Shown: piece after piece, positions 8,862 through 18,056 of the stretch
Layout of the letters: every line of letters begins with the position of its first letter
How positions within the stretch are numbered: the first letter of the stretch is position 1
Assembly (NCBI GenBank): GCA_029574005.1
Contig: JAKQBR010000178.1
Coordinates: 1 to 48,204, forward strand
Length of the DNA: 48,204 nt
Source of the DNA: Deltaproteobacteria bacterium
Lineage (GTDB): Bacteria; Desulfobacterota; Desulfomonilia; UBA1062
Reading direction: 5' to 3'
The notes under the pieces: generated by a model
Seen by the model: the letters and a program-made list of their open reading frames with translations, nothing else
Databases searched by the model: none
Told to the model about the DNA's origin: nothing
Made by a program: the position numbers and the translations under genes

Positions 8862-10589
8862 ATGATACTCTTCAACCCGAAAAGATATGATCGCTGGCAT
8901 GCCGACGAGCGTTCCAAGGAGATCGTGCTCAAGACCATCGCGTTCTTCGAGGACAAAGGCCTCAGGAAGATCAAGGCCGACGACGAGGGGCGTGTGTGGT
9001 ATGAGGACTTCCTGGCCTTCATCAGGCAGGAGCACATCTTCGCCGCCTTGCTTACCCCCGCGGGTTATGGAGCGCCCGAGTCCCGCTGGGACATGTGGCG
9101 CATCAGCGAGTACAGCGAGGTGTTGGCCTTCTACGGATTGCACTACTGGTATGCCTGGCAGGTCAGCATCCTGGGCCTGGGACCGATCTGGATGGGATCA
9201 AACGAGGACATGAAGCATGAGGCCGCCAGACTTCTGGCGGAAGGCGGGATCTTCGCCTTCGGCTTATCGGAAAGGGAGCATGGGTCCGACCTGTATGCCA
9301 CCGAGATGATGCTTCTGCCTCAAGAGGACGGCGGCTTCCTGGCGCGCGGCGAAAAATACTATATCGGCAACGCCAACAAGGCCCCGCTCATCTCCACCTT
9401 CGGCAAGGTCCAAGGCACGGGCGAATTCGCCTTCTTCGCGGTCAGGACCGGTCACGGCGGCTATGAGTGCGTGAGAAGGATCAACACCTCGGGAATGCGC
9501 CCGGCCTACGTGGCGCACTGCAAGCTCACCGACTATCCGGTCGCTCCGGAAGACCTGATTTCGCGTGGTCCCCTGGCGTGGGAAAGCGCGCTCAACACGG
9601 TCAATGTCGGCAAGTTCGGGTTGGGTTTCGCCTCCATCGGCATCTGCACGCACGCCCTGTACGAGGCCATGGGCCATGCCGGATCACGCGTCCTTTACGG
9701 CCGTCCGGTAACGGATTTCTCGAACGTGCGCACCCTGCTCACCGAGGCCTTCACCCGTCTGATCGCCATGAAGCTCTGCGGCATGCGCGCGGTCGACTAC
9801 CTGAGATGCGCCTCGGAGGATGACCGGCGCTATCTGCTTTTCAACCCGATCGCGAAGATGAAAGTCACTGCCCAGGGGATAAAGGTCATGGACCTCCTCC
9901 ATGAGGTCATGGCCGCCAGGGGTTTCGAGCAGGACACCTATTTCGAGATGGCGATCCGCGACATCGGCATGCCGCCTAGGCTCGAGGGCGCCGAGCGGAT
10001 CAACCTGGCCCTCATCATAAAGTTCATGTCCGGCTATTTCTTTGCCCACCAGGATTACCCCGAGGTCCCGAGACGGGCCGATCCCGCCAACGACGGCTAT
10101 CTCTTCCGACAGCATACCGGCGGACTCTCCAAGATACAGTTCCCGGATTACCGCAAGTGCTATGAGGGTGTGAACATCCCCAGCGTGCTGGTCTTCCGCG
10201 AACAGGTGGAGCTCTTCAAGGAGTTCCTCATCAAGATCCCGCCCACCAAGAAACAGGCCGCCGATATCGACTATATGCTTGGCGTGGGCCAGCTCTTCAC
10301 GGTAATCGTCTATGCCCAGCTCATCCTCGAGAACGCAAAGATCTATAAGATCGACGACGACCTCGTGAATGAGATCTTCAAGTTCATGATCAAGGATTTC
10401 GACGGCTCGGTCTTGAGCATGGTGGCCTCCTTCGACAACACCCACGAGCAGGAGGCATTGTTCATGAAGATGATCAAGAAGCCCATTCTGGAAAGACAGC
10501 GTTCCAACCGGGTGTGGGAAAGGCATGTCTCGACTCTGAAAGACCAGTATGTGACGGGTGAAAAGGAGGATGGCCGTGAACACGCATGA
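8862..10589 (+). CDS. Long-form acyl-CoA dehydrogenase family protein
   Basis: 575 aa. ACAD-type loop FAFGLSEREHGSDL and RLEGAERINL at the expected catalytic-Glu region. N- and C-terminal extensions relative to classical ACADs. Confidence 0.85.
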   Translation: MILFNPKRYDRWHADERSKEIVLKTIAFFEDKGLRKIKADDEGRVWYEDFLAFIRQEHIFAALLTPAGYGAPESRWDMWRISEYSEVLAFYGLHYWYAWQVSILGLGPIWMGSNEDMKHEAARLLAEGGIFAFGLSEREHGSDLYATEMMLLPQEDGGFLARGEKYYIGNANKAPLISTFGKVQGTGEFAFFAVRTGHGGYECVRRINTSGMRPAYVAHCKLTDYPVAPEDLISRGPLAWESALNTVNVGKFGLGFASIGICTHALYEAMGHAGSRVLYGRPVTDFSNVRTLLTEAFTRLIAMKLCGMRAVDYLRCASEDDRRYLLFNPIAKMKVTAQGIKVMDLLHEVMAARGFEQDTYFEMAIRDIGMPPRLEGAERINLALIIKFMSGYFFAHQDYPEVPRRADPANDGYLFRQHTGGLSKIQFPDYRKCYEGVNIPSVLVFREQVELFKEFLIKIPPTKKQAADIDYMLGVGQLFTVIVYAQLILENAKIYKIDDDLVNEIFKFMIKDFDGSVLSMVASFDNTHEQEALFMKMIKKPILERQRSNRVWERHVSTLKDQYVTGEKEDGREHA

Positions 10590-11667
10590 TGAGGCCTATA
10601 CCCGCCTGGCAAGGGTTCTCGATACCCTGCCCAACGGATTTCCTCCGAGCGCCGATGGCGTCGAGTTTGATCTGCTTCGGAAGATCTTCACACCGCGTGA
10701 GGCGGAGCTTTTCTGCGACATGCGCTTGACCTTCGAGACCGCGGAGCAGGTGGCCGAGCGCACGGGGAGGCCTCTGGCCGGCCTGGAGGATGAACTCATC
10801 CGCATGGGCAAAAACGGTCAGCTCTTCGCCCTTCAGTTCGGTGACAGCTGGTACTTCAAGATGCTGCCCTGGGTCTTCGGGATCTACGAGTTTCAGCTCA
10901 ACCGCATAGATCGCGAGATGGCCGAGCTTTCCGAACGCTACCACCCTGTCTACGCCCGGCGGTTCTTCTCCGACAAGCCCCAGCTCATGCAGGTGCTGCC
11001 GGTCGAAGAGACCATCCACGCCGCCCATGCCGCCCTGCCGTATGCGATGCTCTCGGCGCTGATCGAGAAGAGTCAGGCCTTCCTGGTAAACGAATGCATC
11101 TGCAAGAAGGAACGAGGCCTCCTAGGCAAGCCGTGCGACCGCCCGCTGGAGGTGTGCCTGGCCCTGGCGCCGGTGCCCGGTGTGTTCGACAGATCACCCA
11201 CCGGCCGCGTGATAACGCGTGATGAAGCCTATCGACTGCTCAAGCAGACCGAAGCAGCCGGACTGGTGCATCTCACCAATAACCTTCAGAACGGTCAGCT
11301 CTTCATCTGCAACTGCTGCAAGTGCTGCTGCGGGGCTTTAAGGGCCATCAATGAACTGGGGATCGCGGCCTGGGATGTCGTCAATTCACAGTATTACGCC
11401 CGGATCGATGCCGAGGCCTGCATAGCCTGCGGTCTGTGCGCACAGGGCCGTTGCCAGGTCGGGGCGGTCATGGGAGGGAATGACACCTACCAGGTTGTCC
11501 CGGAAAGGTGCATCGGCTGCGGGCTGTGCATCGGCACCTGCCCCGTGGGGGCCATCAGCCTGGTGCATAAGGAGCCGGGCATGAGAGCGGAGCCGCCCGT
11601 CACGGAGAACGAATGGTTTGAAGAGCGTGGGTGGCTTCGCGGCGTGGATTTCACGAGATATCGGTAA
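10570..11667 (+). CDS. Cys-rich Fe-S protein with two ferredoxin-type [4Fe-4S] motifs
   Basis: It starts inside the ACAD 3' end. ATG 10570 directly abuts AAGGAGG 10563-10569; the in-frame GTG 10576 gives a better 6-nt spacing. Motifs are CIACGLCAQGRC and CIGCGLCIGTCP, plus the clusters CICKKERGLLGKPC and CNCCKCCC. Confidence 0.8.
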   Translation: MAVNTHDEAYTRLARVLDTLPNGFPPSADGVEFDLLRKIFTPREAELFCDMRLTFETAEQVAERTGRPLAGLEDELIRMGKNGQLFALQFGDSWYFKMLPWVFGIYEFQLNRIDREMAELSERYHPVYARRFFSDKPQLMQVLPVEETIHAAHAALPYAMLSALIEKSQAFLVNECICKKERGLLGKPCDRPLEVCLALAPVPGVFDRSPTGRVITRDEAYRLLKQTEAAGLVHLTNNLQNGQLFICNCCKCCCGALRAINELGIAAWDVVNSQYYARIDAEACIACGLCAQGRCQVGAVMGGNDTYQVVPERCIGCGLCIGTCPVGAISLVHKEPGMRAEPPVTENEWFEERGWLRGVDFTRYR

Positions 11668-11697
11668 AGGCGCGCGGTGAGGGGAAGGAAAAGGTGA

Positions 11698-11720
11698 GGG
11701 GCGGCCTTCAGGGCCGCCCC
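11698..11720. terminator. GC-rich hairpin between convergent genes (likely terminator, best for the thiolase transcript)
   Basis: GGGGCGGCC (11698-11706), loop TTCAG, GGCCGCCCC (11712-11720) form a perfect 9-bp stem. On the minus strand it is followed by TCACCTTTTCC. There is no T-run on the plus strand. Confidence 0.5.
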
Positions 11721-11734
11721 AGCCACTTGATTGG

Positions 11735-12988
11735 TTAAAGCATCTCGATGGCGGTGGCCATGGACACGCCGCCGCCGCCGCACAGGGTGGCAAGACCGAG
11801 TGTCTTGCCGCGCTTCTTCATGGCATGGATCAGCGTGACCATGATGCGGCTGCCGGTGGAACCGACCGGGTGTCCCAGCCCGATGCCGCTGCCGTTGACG
11901 TTGGTGATCTCGCGCTTTAATCCCAGCTCCTTTTCGCAGCCCAGGTACTGGGCGGCAAAGGCCTCGTTGACCTCGAGCAGCTCGAAGGAATCCAGGGTCA
12001 GCTTCGGATCATTCTTCAAAAGGTTCTTGACCGCCGGGACCGGGCTTAAGCCCATGACCGAGGGGTGGCAGGCGCCACGTCCAGTCGAGCGGATGCGCGC
12101 GATGGGTTTGAGGCCCAGTTCCTTGGCCTTTTCGGCCGACATGATGACCATGGCCGAGGCGCCGTCGTTCAGGCCCGAGGAGTTGCCGGCCGTGACCTTG
12201 CCGATCTTGGGGATGAATGCCGGCGGCAGGGCCTGGAGTTGTTCCATGGTCAGGCCCGGGCGGAAATGCTCGTCCGTGTCGAAGATGACGGGCGGCTTGC
12301 CCTTCTTCTGGGGTATCTCCACCGGTACGATCTCCTCCTTAAAGTCGCCTTCCTTGGTGGCGCGCTCGGTGTTGTTATGGCTGCGCAGAGCCACCTCATC
12401 CATTTCCTCGCGCGAAATATTCAAGAGCTGGGCGATGAGCTCGGCGGTGTGGCCCATGATATAGGGCTTGCCCTTGAGCGACTCGAAGGGCTGGCCTGAT
12501 TTGACGGGGCCGTCGTCGGACAAGGGCATGACATACGAGCCGCAGTGCAGCGCGCGGATCATGCCGTCGATGAAGACCGTGTCCTGCAAGCGGCAGCCCC
12601 AGCGGGCGTCCAGGCTGACATAGGGCGCGCCGGACATGTGCTCCACGCCTCCGGCCAGGATGATGTCGGCCATGCCGGCCTGGATCATGGCCATGCCGCT
12701 TAACGTTGCTTCCATGCCCGAGATGCAGACACGGTTGACCGTGACGGCCGTGACGGTATCCGGGATACCCGCTAAGAGTGCGGCGACGCGGGTGACGTTC
12801 AGGGTGTTGACCGGGTCCATGCAACAGCCGAAGCGTACATCGTCGATCATGGCCGGATCGATCCCGGCGCGTTTGATCGCCTCCTTCATGACTACCGCGC
12901 CGAGGCGGGCGGCGATGACGTCCTTGAGCGATCCGCCGAAGGAGCCGATGGCGGTACGGCATGCCGATACAACTACTACATCCTTCAT
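11735..12988 (-). CDS. Acetyl-CoA C-acetyltransferase (thiolase II family)
   Basis: 417 aa. Thiolase signatures VNRVCISGMEA, NVNGSGIGLGHPVGSTGSR and CGGGGVSMA. AAGGAG lies 6 nt upstream of the ATG. Confidence 0.95.
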   Translation of the reverse strand: MKDVVVVSACRTAIGSFGGSLKDVIAARLGAVVMKEAIKRAGIDPAMIDDVRFGCCMDPVNTLNVTRVAALLAGIPDTVTAVTVNRVCISGMEATLSGMAMIQAGMADIILAGGVEHMSGAPYVSLDARWGCRLQDTVFIDGMIRALHCGSYVMPLSDDGPVKSGQPFESLKGKPYIMGHTAELIAQLLNISREEMDEVALRSHNNTERATKEGDFKEEIVPVEIPQKKGKPPVIFDTDEHFRPGLTMEQLQALPPAFIPKIGKVTAGNSSGLNDGASAMVIMSAEKAKELGLKPIARIRSTGRGACHPSVMGLSPVPAVKNLLKNDPKLTLDSFELLEVNEAFAAQYLGCEKELGLKREITNVNGSGIGLGHPVGSTGSRIMVTLIHAMKKRGKTLGLATLCGGGGVSMATAIEML

Positions 12989-13049
12989 CTTGATCTCCTT
13001 TCTTGTGCTGCGTGCTTTAGGCCGAGGAGTAGCCTCCTCCTTTCATTAC

Positions 13050-13071
13050 AAAATGAATGCCCATTCATTTT
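13050..13071. promoter_or_regulatory. Perfect 10-bp-arm palindrome (operator-like) upstream of the thiolase gene
   Basis: AAAATGAATG-CC-CATTCATTTT lies 62-83 nt upstream of the thiolase ATG. It abuts a minus-strand TGTAAT -10-like hexamer (13050-13045). Confidence 0.4.
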
Positions 13072-13205
13072 TCTATAGCCGATTACAGTGAGATGGTAAA
13101 GCGCAAAAACTTATACGAAATGAGTGGCATCCACGAGGTCGCTCATGCTTCTGGAAAAGACGCCTTTGAGGCTGAGGACATTGCCGCTTCTGGCAATGAT
13201 CGGAC

Positions 13206-14615
13206 CTAGCCGGCGTGTCTTGGGTTCGTCAGCTTGCCCGAGGTCAGACGGAGCCAGATATAACCCAGCACCCAGGCCGTGAAGGACGACAGGAAGATAC
13301 CCGTCTTTGCCATCCTGAGCGTGGCTGGGTCGGCGCCGAATGACAGCTCGGAGACGAATATCGACATGGTGAAGCCGATGCCGCCCAGCATGCCCACGCC
13401 GATAATGTGCTTCGGTTTGACCGCGCTGGGCAGCGAAACCAGGCCGGTTTTCAGGGACAGGAGCGTGAACAGGCTGATACCGATCGGTTTGCCGGCCACC
13501 AGCCCGGCGATCACCCCCAGGGTAACCGGATGGGCGATGGATTGCCTGAGGTCGTCAAGCCCCAGGGGGATGCCGGTATTGACCAGGGCGAAGGCGGGGA
13601 CAATGACCATAACCACCGGGAAGTGCATGTGTTCAAGAATCCTCTGCAGCGGTGATTCCACCAAGAAGATCTTTTCCTTCATGGTGTGCAGGATGGTCTG
13701 CTGTTCACTGTTGCTCAAGATGATACGCTCGGGGCTGTGCAGACCCGCGAAACGCTTGAGCATGCCGTTCATATGGGCGACAAACAAGGACTGGTCGTAG
13801 TGCGCGTGTGCGGGTATGGAAAAGGCCACCAGGATTCCGGCGATCGTGGCGTGGACGCCCGATTTCAGCAACGCCAGCCAGATCAGCGCGCCTACCAGCA
13901 GATAGGGGAGTCCCCGCCGCACGCCCGAATGGTTCATGAAGAGCAGGAGCACACACAGCAGCGCGGCCGCGCCCAAGGCCCCGTAGTGCAGGGTCTTGGT
14001 ATAGAACACCGCGATGACGATGACCGCGCCGATGTCATCGGCAATGGCCAGGGTGACGAGGAAGACCATCAGCCCTTCCGGTATGCGCTTGCCGAGCATG
14101 ACCATCGCCGCGATGCAGAAGGCGATGTCCGTGGCCATGGGGATGCCCCATCCGCGGGCGTAATAGCCCGAGGGCATAGTGAGGGTATACAATATGGCCG
14201 GTACGATCATCCCTCCCAAAGCGGCGATTACCGGCAGGGCGGCCTTGCGCATGTCCGACAGCTCGCCCACCAGGATCTCGCGTTTGATCTCCAGGCCGAC
14301 GACAAAGAAGAAAAAGACCATCAAGCCTTCATTGATCCAGTGCAGGAGGGAAAACTTGAGCTCGTATGGCCCGGCGTCCAGGACTAAGGGGACATGGATC
14401 ATGTGCTCATAGACATCGCGCCAGGGCGAGTTCGCAACGATCAAGGCCGTTACGGCGGTGATCATGAGGACGATACCGCTGGCGTTCTGCTGTTCTACGA
14501 ATTCGTGGAAAGGACTGATGAATTGTTTGAAGCGCGCTTCCCACGGATAGAAGTACAGGTTCTCGCCGTCGTCCTCCCGCGGCTGGGAGAGATCGTCATC
14601 CACCTCGGCTTTCAT
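13206..14615 (-). CDS. nhaA: Na+/H+ antiporter NhaA
   Basis: 469-aa polytopic membrane protein with the NhaA-type paired-Asp motif LAIADDIGAVIVIAVFY. GGAGGAG RBS lies 7 nt upstream. Confidence 0.95.
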   Translation of the reverse strand: MKAEVDDDLSQPREDDGENLYFYPWEARFKQFISPFHEFVEQQNASGIVLMITAVTALIVANSPWRDVYEHMIHVPLVLDAGPYELKFSLLHWINEGLMVFFFFVVGLEIKREILVGELSDMRKAALPVIAALGGMIVPAILYTLTMPSGYYARGWGIPMATDIAFCIAAMVMLGKRIPEGLMVFLVTLAIADDIGAVIVIAVFYTKTLHYGALGAAALLCVLLLFMNHSGVRRGLPYLLVGALIWLALLKSGVHATIAGILVAFSIPAHAHYDQSLFVAHMNGMLKRFAGLHSPERIILSNSEQQTILHTMKEKIFLVESPLQRILEHMHFPVVMVIVPAFALVNTGIPLGLDDLRQSIAHPVTLGVIAGLVAGKPIGISLFTLLSLKTGLVSLPSAVKPKHIIGVGMLGGIGFTMSIFVSELSFGADPATLRMAKTGIFLSSFTAWVLGYIWLRLTSGKLTNPRHAG

Positions 14616-14681
14616 GAAAAGGCTCCTCCACGCCCCCGTTCTTTGATTTGTCCCTGCCTGAAGGCGGCCGGGACTCTCGGG

Positions 14682-15242
14682 TTAGGGTTTCACCAGGATG
14701 AACTGCGCCCGACGGTTCTTGGCCCAGGCCTCCTCGTTATGTCCCGGCTCCTGTGGCCTCTCCTCACCGTAGCTGACGGTCTGGATGCGTTCTGGTTCGA
14801 TGCCCAGGCCGATCAGAAAGTCACGGGCCGAACGCGCCCGCCTGTCTCCCAGGGCCAGGTTGTATTCTATGGTGCCCCATTCGTCGCAATGCCCCTCGAT
14901 CACGGTGGTGTACTGGGGGTGGCGCTTGAGGGTATCGGCCTTGATCGTGAGGATTCGGGCGGCCTCATCCGATATGTCGGAAGAGTCGTAGGCAAAGTAG
15001 ATGTTCTGGTTGTTGAAGGTGTTGGTCTCATATTCGAGACCGGCCAAGGACGCACGCTTCTCGGCCAACTGCTGCTGCATGGATTTCTCCGCGGACAGGA
15101 CGGCGGATGAGCGATGCTCCTCCTCGACGGCGCTCGGGGTTGATTCAAGACGATCCTGCGTCCCTGCTCCGGCGCACCCCGCCAGGGAACAGAGGCTTAT
15201 CATCGCAATCGCACACAGACTCCGCGACCATGGTATCGACAT
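14682..15242 (-). CDS. pal: Peptidoglycan-associated lipoprotein (OmpA-family C-terminal domain)
   Basis: 186 aa. Signal peptide plus lipobox (SLAGC). OmpA-like domain IEGHCDEWGTIEYNLALGDRRARSARDFL. GAGGAGG RBS. Confidence 0.85.
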   Translation of the reverse strand: MSIPWSRSLCAIAMISLCSLAGCAGAGTQDRLESTPSAVEEEHRSSAVLSAEKSMQQQLAEKRASLAGLEYETNTFNNQNIYFAYDSSDISDEAARILTIKADTLKRHPQYTTVIEGHCDEWGTIEYNLALGDRRARSARDFLIGLGIEPERIQTVSYGEERPQEPGHNEEAWAKNRRAQFILVKP

Positions 15243-15419
15243 TCAGCACCTCCTCGTGTCCCTATCATCATAGCAAAATCCGATCGATTTTGTCATCCAC
15301 GATTGTTCATTCCCCGGGGTCTCCCGCCCAAAGGGCTCGATGACGAAAAATGCCTTTACAACACTTCGCATTATCTCATAAACTGAGAAGGAATGATCAT
15401 TGGAGAGAGGAGGTAGCAC

Positions 15420-16079
15420 TTGAAAAACGAGACGCTTCAGGCCATCATAGACAATAACGCCCGCTTTGTTGAAGACCACGATCAGGCCTACTTTCAGGGC
15501 CATATGAGTGCTCAGCACCCGAGGGTGACCATGGTCGGATGCTGCGATTCGCGCTGCCAGGCGCATGTCATCGAGGTCGATCCCATCGACAGGGTCTTCA
15601 CGGTGGAGACCATCGGCAATCAGATGGCCAGCGCCCAGGGATCGGTGGATTACGGCGTTCTGCATCTGCATACCCCGATCCTGCTGATCCTGGGACATAC
15701 CGACTGCGGCGCAATCAAGGCCTTTATGAAGGGCTATGACCGAGAGAACGAGGCCATCAAACGTGAGCTCGACTTCCTCAAACCGCCCTTGAAAACCCAG
15801 GTGGACCCTCACGCGGACTTCGAGAAGGAGCTTTTGAAGAATGTCCAGAAAAACGTCGACTATCAGGTGCAAACCGCTCTTGAACGCTACCGGGCGCAGA
15901 TCTCAGAGGGCAGGCTTATGGTCGTCGGCGCCATCTATGATTTCACCAACGCCCTCGGCAATGGCTACGGTCGGGTATCCATAACCAACGTCAACGGCGT
16001 GAAGGACCTGAAGGCTATCAGGGAACTGGTCCAAGGCGTCAATCTGGAGCGCAGCCTGGCTAGGGTGAATCTTGACTGA
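15420..16079 (+). CDS. Beta-class carbonic anhydrase
   Basis: TTG start with GGAGAGAGGAGG upstream. Zinc-ligand motifs CCDSRC (CxDxR) and HTDCGA (HxxC). Confidence 0.9.
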   Translation: MKNETLQAIIDNNARFVEDHDQAYFQGHMSAQHPRVTMVGCCDSRCQAHVIEVDPIDRVFTVETIGNQMASAQGSVDYGVLHLHTPILLILGHTDCGAIKAFMKGYDRENEAIKRELDFLKPPLKTQVDPHADFEKELLKNVQKNVDYQVQTALERYRAQISEGRLMVVGAIYDFTNALGNGYGRVSITNVNGVKDLKAIRELVQGVNLERSLARVNLD

Positions 16080-16115
16080 CCTCGGCGTGCATCTGGCCTA
16101 AGACTGGAGGTTTGC

Positions 16116-16499
16116 GTGACCCTTTCCCATCTCAAGGATATCTTGACGGCCGAGGTTGTCTGCGGGCATGAGAAATTATCCAGCGTCGAGGTGAGCACCG
16201 CTTTCGGGGCCGACTTGATGAGCGATGTGCTGGCCTTCGCCCGTTCCGGTTGTCTGCTCATCACGGGATTGACCACCCCGCAAACGGTCCGTACGGCCTT
16301 TGCGCTGGACATCGCCGGCATCCTCGTCTGCCGGGGGAAACAGCCTCAGCCGCAGGCCGTTGACATCGCCCGCGAGCTGGGCATCCCCATTTTGAGGACC
16401 GAACACATCATGTTCGAGACCTGCGGTATCCTCTACCGTGAAGGCATGCGCGGCTGCGTTTGCGAGATCAGTGCGGGAGATAGACCCAGTGTCGATTGA
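16116..16499 (+). CDS. DRTGG-domain protein (copy 1)
   Basis: 127 aa. GTG start with GGAGG 5 nt upstream. The pattern ...GADLMSDVLAFARSGCLLITGLTTPQTVRTA...AGILVCRGKQP...ELGIPIL matches the small stand-alone DRTGG proteins as I remember them. Confidence 0.75.
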   Translation: MTLSHLKDILTAEVVCGHEKLSSVEVSTAFGADLMSDVLAFARSGCLLITGLTTPQTVRTAFALDIAGILVCRGKQPQPQAVDIARELGIPILRTEHIMFETCGILYREGMRGCVCEISAGDRPSVD

Positions 16500-16926
16500 G
16501 GATGAATTCGGAGGCAGCTACACGGTCAGGGGCAGGGACTTCATCGATGCCGGCTTGGTTTCCAGCCAGATCAAGAAGCTCTTGAAGGATCGCGGCATTC
16601 CCGAGGACGTGGTCCGCAAGGTCGCGGTCGTGACCTTCGAGGCCGAGGTCAATATCATCTCCTATGCCGAGATCGGAACGATCAACTTTCATGTGGACGA
16701 CAGGGCCGTCACCATCGAAGCCATGGATAAGGGGCAGGGCATCCCGAACGTCGATCTCGCGCTCGTGGAAGGTTATTCCACCGCCGACGACACCATCCGT
16801 GACATGGGCTTCGGCGCGGGCATGGGCCTGCCCAATATCAAAAAGTTCTCCGACGAGTTTGAGATCACATCCATCGTGGGGAAGGGCACCACGCTCAAGA
16901 GCGTGATCAGGATTCCCCCTGAATAG
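16489..16926 (+). CDS. RsbW/SpoIIAB-like HATPase (anti-sigma-regulatory-factor-type Ser/Thr kinase fold)
   Basis: ORF 16438-16926. The likely start is GTG 16489 (or GTG 16471), overlapping the DRTGG stop. Bergerat-fold boxes are EAEVNIISYAE (N), MDKGQGIP (G1) and GFGAGMGLPN (G2). No DHp domain. Confidence 0.7.
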   Translation: MSIEDEFGGSYTVRGRDFIDAGLVSSQIKKLLKDRGIPEDVVRKVAVVTFEAEVNIISYAEIGTINFHVDDRAVTIEAMDKGQGIPNVDLALVEGYSTADDTIRDMGFGAGMGLPNIKKFSDEFEITSIVGKGTTLKSVIRIPPE

Positions 16927-16959
16927 TCCTGACAAACCCTTATCGAGAAGGGGGTGCTG

Positions 16960-17298
16960 ATGCGTTTGAAAGAGATACAAGCGGAACTGGGGCTTGCGCT
17001 GCAATGCGCCGGCGCAGGGTTGGACGCCGAGGTCACGGGCGGATACGTGGGCGATCTCCTGAGCGATGTCATGGCCAACAGCGCCAAGGGACAGGTCTGG
17101 GTGACGCGGCAGGTGCATCAGAACATCGTGGCCGTGGCGACACTGAAAGAGCTCGTCGCCATCATCATCGTTCAAGGCGCCCTGCCCGATCAGGATACCG
17201 TCGCCAAGGCCGAGAAAGAGGGGCTGACCATTTTGACCACCAGCATGCCGGCCTTCGAGGTCGTGGGCCGAATCCACCGCCTCCTCTCCGCGTCATAA
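16960..17298 (+). CDS. DRTGG-domain protein (copy 2)
   Basis: ATG 16960 (GTG 16954 is also possible) follows GAAGGGGG. The stretch GDLLSDVMANSAKGQVWVTRQVHQNIVAVA...IIIVQGALPDQ...EGLTIL is paralogous in layout to copy 1. Confidence 0.75.
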   Translation: MRLKEIQAELGLALQCAGAGLDAEVTGGYVGDLLSDVMANSAKGQVWVTRQVHQNIVAVATLKELVAIIIVQGALPDQDTVAKAEKEGLTILTTSMPAFEVVGRIHRLLSAS

Positions 17299-17315
17299 CC
17301 CATGCAGGGGTCACG

Positions 17316-18056
17316 ATGGCGCGCGACTTCACCTGCGATCTTCATATCCATACCTGCCTGTCGCCCTGCGGCGACCTGGATATGCACCCGCGCGCGCTCG
17401 TCGCGGCGGCCTGCGCCAGAGGACTGGATATTATCGCCGTCTGCGACCACAACAGCATGGAAAACGCCGGATATGTGATGAAGGCCGCCGCCGGCACGTC
17501 GCTGACGGTGGTGCCGGGCATGGAGGTAACCTCAGCCGAAGAGGTGCACATCGTGGCCTTGCTGGAGGACCTCGAGCGGGCCAGTACTCTCCAGGATCTT
17601 GTTTATGCCCACCTCTTCGGGCTCAACGACGAAGACGTGTTCGGCGTGCAGGCCGTGGTCAACGAGTACGGCGAGGTGGAGGGACTCAATCCGCGGCTTC
17701 TGATCGGAGCCACCACGCTTTCGCTCGACCGTCTGGTACAGGCCGTTCATGACATGAACGGCCTGGCCATCGCCTCGCATATCGATCGCGAGGCCTTCGG
17801 CATCATCGGCCAGCTCGGATTCATCCCCCCGGAGGTGCGGTTCGACGCATTGGAGATCTCGGCCGCGATGGACATGGCGAGCGCCCGCAAACGCTACCCC
17901 GAGCTGGCGGGTTACCCCTTCGTTTCCTCATCGGATGCCCATTACCTGGCGGATATCGGCCGCGGTGTCACTCGACTCAAGATGGAGGCACCCACGCTTG
18001 CCGAGATCGGAATGGCCCTGCGGAGTGAAGGCGGGCGGACCATGGTGGTGCCTTGA
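17316..18056 (+). CDS. PHP-domain metal-dependent phosphoesterase
   Basis: The track ORF 17004-18056 has a shadow N-terminal extension, so I start at ATG 17316 (AGGGG 6 nt upstream). The PHP motif DLHIHTCLSPCGD is followed by AVCDHNS, GMEV, ASHIDR and SSDAH metal-ligand blocks. Confidence 0.85.
   Translation: MARDFTCDLHIHTCLSPCGDLDMHPRALVAAACARGLDIIAVCDHNSMENAGYVMKAAAGTSLTVVPGMEVTSAEEVHIVALLEDLERASTLQDLVYAHLFGLNDEDVFGVQAVVNEYGEVEGLNPRLLIGATTLSLDRLVQAVHDMNGLAIASHIDREAFGIIGQLGFIPPEVRFDALEISAAMDMASARKRYPELAGYPFVSSSDAHYLADIGRGVTRLKMEAPTLAEIGMALRSEGGRTMVVP

Noticed and set aside
9684-10583. 299-aa minus-strand ORF opposite the ACAD gene. Similar cases are 31034-31963, 31758-32528 and 32687-33526, opposite selA, patatin-2 and rluD.
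   Set aside because: All are antisense to frames with clear catalytic motifs, and none has motifs of its own.
17004-17315. Arg-rich N-terminal extension of the PHP ORF, and likewise 32036-32644 ahead of rluD
   Set aside because: The extensions overlap the upstream real genes in another frame. The PHP and RluD homology begins at internal ATGs that have plausible RBSs.
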